Shown one piece after another: positions 16,375-20,000 of a DNA stretch of 20,000 nt. The notes under the pieces were generated by a model. That model saw only the letters and a program-made list of their open reading frames with translations, did not search any database and had not been told where the DNA came from. Source of the stretch: Chrysochromulina tobinii (Eukaryota). The stretch covers positions 45,905 to 65,904 of the forward strand of contig JWZX01003253.1 in NCBI GenBank assembly GCA_001275005.1. Reading direction: 5' to 3'. The first letter of the stretch is position 1. Each line of letters opens with the position of its first letter. Made by a program: the position numbers and the translations under genes.

Positions 16375-18168
16375 ATGCCAGCCGCTGTGGCAGCGCTAGC
16401 ACTGGCGTCGTTCCTTGGAGTCGTTCCCTGGAAACCAGACGCATCTGCTTTGCAGGAGGCGGCTCATTCCTGGTTCGAGCAGAAAGCCCCGGTACCAGTG
16501 GCCAAGAAGGGTCCCCTGTCGCTCGATGATAAAGCTCCCAACCCGTATACGGCGTCAACGCCCCGCTATTTTTCTAACGCAGTGGACGAGGCCAAGTTTT
16601 ACGAGAAAGTGGAAAAGGATAAGGAGGAGGCAGCGATTGCGGCCGAAAGAGCGGCGCAAAAGGCGAAGGCCGATGCGGCCGAGGAGGTCTTGATGGCGTC
16701 GTTAAAGGCCATCAAGGATGAGACGGAGGCGGCAAAGGCCAAGGCTAAAGAGGAGGCGGAGGCGTTGAAGGAGAAGGCGTTGAAGGAGAAGGCCGATGCG
16801 GAGGCGCTGAAGGCCGATGCGGATGCGAAGAAGAAGCTCTGGCTGGAGGAGAAGGCCAAGAAGGATGCGGCGTGGGAGGAGAAGAAGGCGGCGGCGGCGA
16901 TTCAGGGCAGCTGGCACTGGCCCGGGCCGAAAGGTACCGACGATGACCCGGAGGCCTCTCCGGGACCCGAGGCGGAAGCCGAGGCGCCCGAGGACAATGC
17001 TCCCGAGCCGCCTAAGAAAGAGAAGAAAGACTGGGATGCGGAGAAGGCCAAGAAGGACGCTGCGTGGGAGGCCAAGAAGGCGCCGGAGAAAGCTCCCGTA
17101 CCAGTGGCCGCAGCGCCTGCCTCCTCCGAAGAGACGGGCCGCGCGCAGGTGCTCGTCGTCGTCTCTGACCATGGAAGCGGCACCTCGACCTTTGGGAAAG
17201 CGCTCCAGACGCACCCGTGCATGTTTGACCTGGGGGAGACGTTCACTGCGAACTATCCGTGGTCGTCGACCAAGAACCTGAAGGCGTGCGGTGAGTCGCA
17301 GGACCGGAGTGCGATCTTCGACGCGGAGTCCGGTCTCCTCCTAAGGAAGAGTAACGATCAACTCTCGTCCAAGTTCGCAAGCAGCTTCGACGACAAGGAG
17401 ATCCAGGTCGGGTCCAAGGCTGCGGACGGCGCCGATCCTTCTCTGTACGCGAACCTGCCCTACGACCTCGGCGAATACTTTGTCCGCATGCGCGATCTCA
17501 TCTGCAAGAACGTGCCCGAGAAAATGTGCGCCCCGTCGGAGTGCTCGATCACCGTCAAGATGTTCCCGCAATTCTTCGACGGCACCACGGGCGGATTTTC
17601 GGATGCGGATGACAAGCCCTCGGAGTGCACGATTGCGCGAAACGATGCGGCTCTCAAGGCATGGAAGAAGGAGCTCGCGTCGATGACGGCCAACCCCAAG
17701 GTCGCGACGCTGGCCCTCATTCGGTACGAGCGCGACAGGCAGTTCTCCACCTTTCACCGGTTCACTGCTCCCGGCACCAAGTTTGACTGCAGCTTCCCGC
17801 GCAAACCCTACGACTTCGCCGTCGTGGCAAATCAGGTCGCCGACGGCCACATTCAGATTGAGAACTGCTGGACGGGTGCTGCCGGGGCCGCCGAGTGCCT
17901 CAAAAACGCGCTCAGCCTGGTCGGTCTGACGCCCGAGTTGATGGGCGACAAGGGTACGACGCTGATGACGGGTGGCACAAAAGAGAGCATCAGCAGCAAG
18001 GCCTCAAGCTGCTCTACCGACCCTGACGCCACCTTCGTGTCCGAGAAGAATGACGAGGTGAAAATGATCCATGGCGAGCTCACTACATTCTACTACGTGA
18101 AAATGGTCGCCAACGTTGATGAGGACGAGGCGGTCGCGAGCCCAAGCCCTGAGGCCCGTGAGGCCTGA
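16375..18168 (+). CDS. Putative secreted/Golgi protein: signal peptide, Lys/Ala/Glu-rich repeat stalk, C-terminal sulfotransferase-like domain
   Basis: First ATG at 16375 (MPAAVAALALASFLGVVPW). KAE-rich helical region ~16590-17110. VLVVVSDHGSGTSTFGKALQTHPCMFDLGETF resembles the 5'-PSB loop followed by LxxHP...GE of PAPS sulfotransferases; VKMFPQ and ALIRYERDRQFS resemble later motifs, including the 3'-PB. Many Cys in the C-terminal domain. Confidence 0.7.
   Translation: MPAAVAALALASFLGVVPWKPDASALQEAAHSWFEQKAPVPVAKKGPLSLDDKAPNPYTASTPRYFSNAVDEAKFYEKVEKDKEEAAIAAERAAQKAKADAAEEVLMASLKAIKDETEAAKAKAKEEAEALKEKALKEKADAEALKADADAKKKLWLEEKAKKDAAWEEKKAAAAIQGSWHWPGPKGTDDDPEASPGPEAEAEAPEDNAPEPPKKEKKDWDAEKAKKDAAWEAKKAPEKAPVPVAAAPASSEETGRAQVLVVVSDHGSGTSTFGKALQTHPCMFDLGETFTANYPWSSTKNLKACGESQDRSAIFDAESGLLLRKSNDQLSSKFASSFDDKEIQVGSKAADGADPSLYANLPYDLGEYFVRMRDLICKNVPEKMCAPSECSITVKMFPQFFDGTTGGFSDADDKPSECTIARNDAALKAWKKELASMTANPKVATLALIRYERDRQFSTFHRFTAPGTKFDCSFPRKPYDFAVVANQVADGHIQIENCWTGAAGAAECLKNALSLVGLTPELMGDKGTTLMTGGTKESISSKASSCSTDPDATFVSEKNDEVKMIHGELTTFYYVKMVANVDEDEAVASPSPEAREA
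16481..17109 (+). repeat. Internal duplications in the stalk of the sulfotransferase-like protein
   Basis: KAPVPVA at ~16481-16503 and ~17087-17109; EKAKKDAAWE[EA]KKA at 16849-16890 and 17041-17082. Confidence 0.75.
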
Positions 18169-18630
18169 GAGGGCGCTTCGAGGCGACAAGACCGTCGCAC
18201 ACACACTCCTGCACGCGAGGGCACTGCATAGCGGAAGAGAGCCCATGCGTTGAGGGATCTAGCAGCATGCATGTGGGATCTTAGCGGGAAGAGCCGTAAG
18301 CGGCTCTGTGGGGAGTCTCGAGTCAAGGGGGACTACGCCCCTTTGCGCAGCGTGGTGACGTGTGGCCTGTGCACGTCTGGTCCTCGCGGCCCCGGGCGCG
18401 GGCCAGCCAAGCCGCAGCACGGCGGCGACGCGTGTGAGCCGTGACTTGGCGCGTGAATCTGAATGTGTGCGTAACGACAGTCGAGTGTAGGTATTTTCAC
18501 TTTCTAGAAACCCGGGACCGCGTCCAGGTCCGACCTAGTCCTACTCCTAGAGCGGCGTGTGCACGCAGGGGCGCCACACCCACACCCACAACCCGACCCC
18601 TAGCTTTAACCCCTTCGGCTTCGCGCCTTC

Positions 18631-18666
18631 GATTCGGTCGTGGATTCGGTACCAAGTTCGGTACCG
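18631..18666. repeat. Three imperfect 12-bp tandem units with TTCGGT core
   Basis: GATTCGGTCGTG GATTCGGTACCA AGTTCGGTACCG in the ~1-kb spacer between convergent genes. Confidence 0.55.
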
Positions 18667-19183
18667 CGGACGTCGATCCTCTAGCTCTACGCGGTCATGC
18701 TCGTACATGAAATTCGTGATGTGTCTTGAGTCACATCGGTGCGGCCGGCCTGGTATATAGCTGAGTGTTCAATCAGATCGCCAAGAAGCAAGATCGAGCC
18801 GGGGTCTCCACCTCCACCCCTCGAACACGTGAGATTTAGGGAACATGCGCTCACGCCCGACCAGCACGCGGGCCTTTCGTCAAGACCGCAGACGTCTAGT
18901 CGTAAAGGCGAACCTTTCCCGCTGGGGCGAGGAGCCAGGAGGTGCGTGCGTAAACACATAGTCGGTTCACGGTAGATATAATATCATCGATTTTTGATAT
19001 AAACGTGGCGCCGGGCGCGGCGGGTCCTTATAAACTGTGTAACTGTGGTACTCATCGAAAAATCGAAAGGCGTTCCCAGGCGTTACGAGAAAAACGAAAC
19101 GCCACAGAGCCATACGCGCAAAGCCGCTGCTCCACGTGTGTCCTCTACTTCGTTCCGACTCAGATCCCACACACGCTCAGACC

Positions 19184-19903
19184 TCAGTCCTCCCTCGCCT
19201 CCGTGTTCCATGCTGCCTCTAGCTTCTCGCGTGATGCCGGCTCACTCGCGTCCCCAGCTAGAGCTGGGCCGCTGGCATCCTCTGCAGCGCCTGAGATGAG
19301 ACGACCCACCGCGTCGTACTTGCGCGCGAACACCGCCCTCCACGCCGCGAGCGATGCGCGCTGTGCCAGGTTCAGCGCAGCTCTCGCCTGCACAGGGTTC
19401 TCGGGCTCGATGCTGTTACGCGCGAGGTAGCGCGTGGCATCTGTGCCGGCCATGACTTCGTACTCGCCGCCTGGACCGTAGAGATGGCGCGCACTGGCAA
19501 CGTTGTACACCAGACCGTCCACAGCCACCAGAATCGGCCCATCCTCCCTTAGATCGCCAGGAAATCGCGCCAGCTCCGAAGGTGTCCAGCATTCTTGCGG
19601 TCGCACGTACGCCGGACTGTCCGGCGAGATACGACTACCCACGCCCACCACGGGTGCTTTTCGTCGCGCTCGAAGCTGCGAGACTCGCCACTCGCCCCAT
19701 GCCCACGATGCGAGTGGCAGCACAAAGGCGATTACCACAAGGCTCGCTGCCACTGCAGTGAGGCGAAACGCGACATCGAATGCGTCCGCCACCAACATTG
19801 TCGAATGGCAGTCTGCGAGAGACAGTGCAGCAGGATGTGCCTCCGCTAGCTGATTCGGCGGCGAAAACCGCGGCGACGCGGCGAGAGCGAACACGGGCTT
19901 CAT
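19184..19903 (-). CDS. MAPR-family cytochrome b5-like heme/steroid-binding protein (PGRMC/Dap1/MSBP-like), single TM
   Basis: WTPSELARF.G...GPILVAVDGLVYNVASARHLYGPGGEYEVMAGTDATRYLA...W...FARKYDAVGRL (~19300-19588) matches the MAPR consensus. TM segment LTAVAASLVVIAFVLPLASWAW. The start is uncertain: ATG 19903 or 19990, and the frame stays open to the window end. Confidence 0.88.
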   Translation of the reverse strand: MKPVFALAASPRFSPPNQLAEAHPAALSLADCHSTMLVADAFDVAFRLTAVAASLVVIAFVLPLASWAWGEWRVSQLRARRKAPVVGVGSRISPDSPAYVRPQECWTPSELARFPGDLREDGPILVAVDGLVYNVASARHLYGPGGEYEVMAGTDATRYLARNSIEPENPVQARAALNLAQRASLAAWRAVFARKYDAVGRLISGAAEDASGPALAGDASEPASREKLEAAWNTEARED

Positions 19904-20000
19904 TGTGGGAAGGAGTGCTGCGTGACGCCCAAAGTTACGCAGCTGTGAACTCAACGTGAAGGGCCAGGTCACAGGGACGGTCTCCATCATGGAACCAGAT

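Noticed and set aside
18752..18820. GGTATATAGCTGAGTG resembling a tRNA 5' end
   Set aside because: I could not build a cloverleaf, T-loop (GTTCRA) or acceptor-stem complement.
19009..19020. GCCGGGCGCGG resembling the 5' end of 7SL/SRP RNA
   Set aside because: Only ~11 nt match in GC-rich DNA, and no Alu-domain continuation or SRP helix-8 motif follows.
1..20000. The whole window as one operon-like functional cluster
   Set aside because: The genes have mixed orientations, unrelated predicted functions and different predicted compartments. Nothing in the sequence supports co-regulation beyond the one head-to-head pair.

Overview
GC-rich, gene-dense eukaryotic DNA with eight apparently intron-free protein-coding genes and short, more AT-rich spacers. 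An ASAF-type bipartite plastid leader and the general protein style suggest an alga with a secondary red plastid, most likely a haptophyte; this is inference only. In order: (1) a 5'-truncated thioredoxin fused to two copies of a small GLxxxxExNG beta-domain; (2) a probable plastid-targeted 4-EF-hand protein; (3) a ~1810-aa minus-strand membrane protein combining an EF-hand pair, an XK-related (Xkr scramblase-like) domain, about 60 G[FY]TAxELKxA decapeptide repeats reminiscent of Legionella DotG/IcmE, and an SH3b-like domain; (4) a WW / HExxH zinc-metallopeptidase-like / WW protein; (5) a divergent GH3 glycosidase; (6) a disordered Pro/Ala-rich protein with a signal/transit-like leader and four conserved 31-aa repeats, a speculative pyrenoid-linker or condensate-scaffold candidate; (7) a secreted Lys/Ala/Glu-rich protein with a degenerate sulfotransferase-like domain; (8) a MAPR cytochrome-b5-like heme/steroid-binding protein. 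I found no rRNA, tRNA, CRISPR array or transposase. All domain calls come from motif recognition by eye, not database searches.
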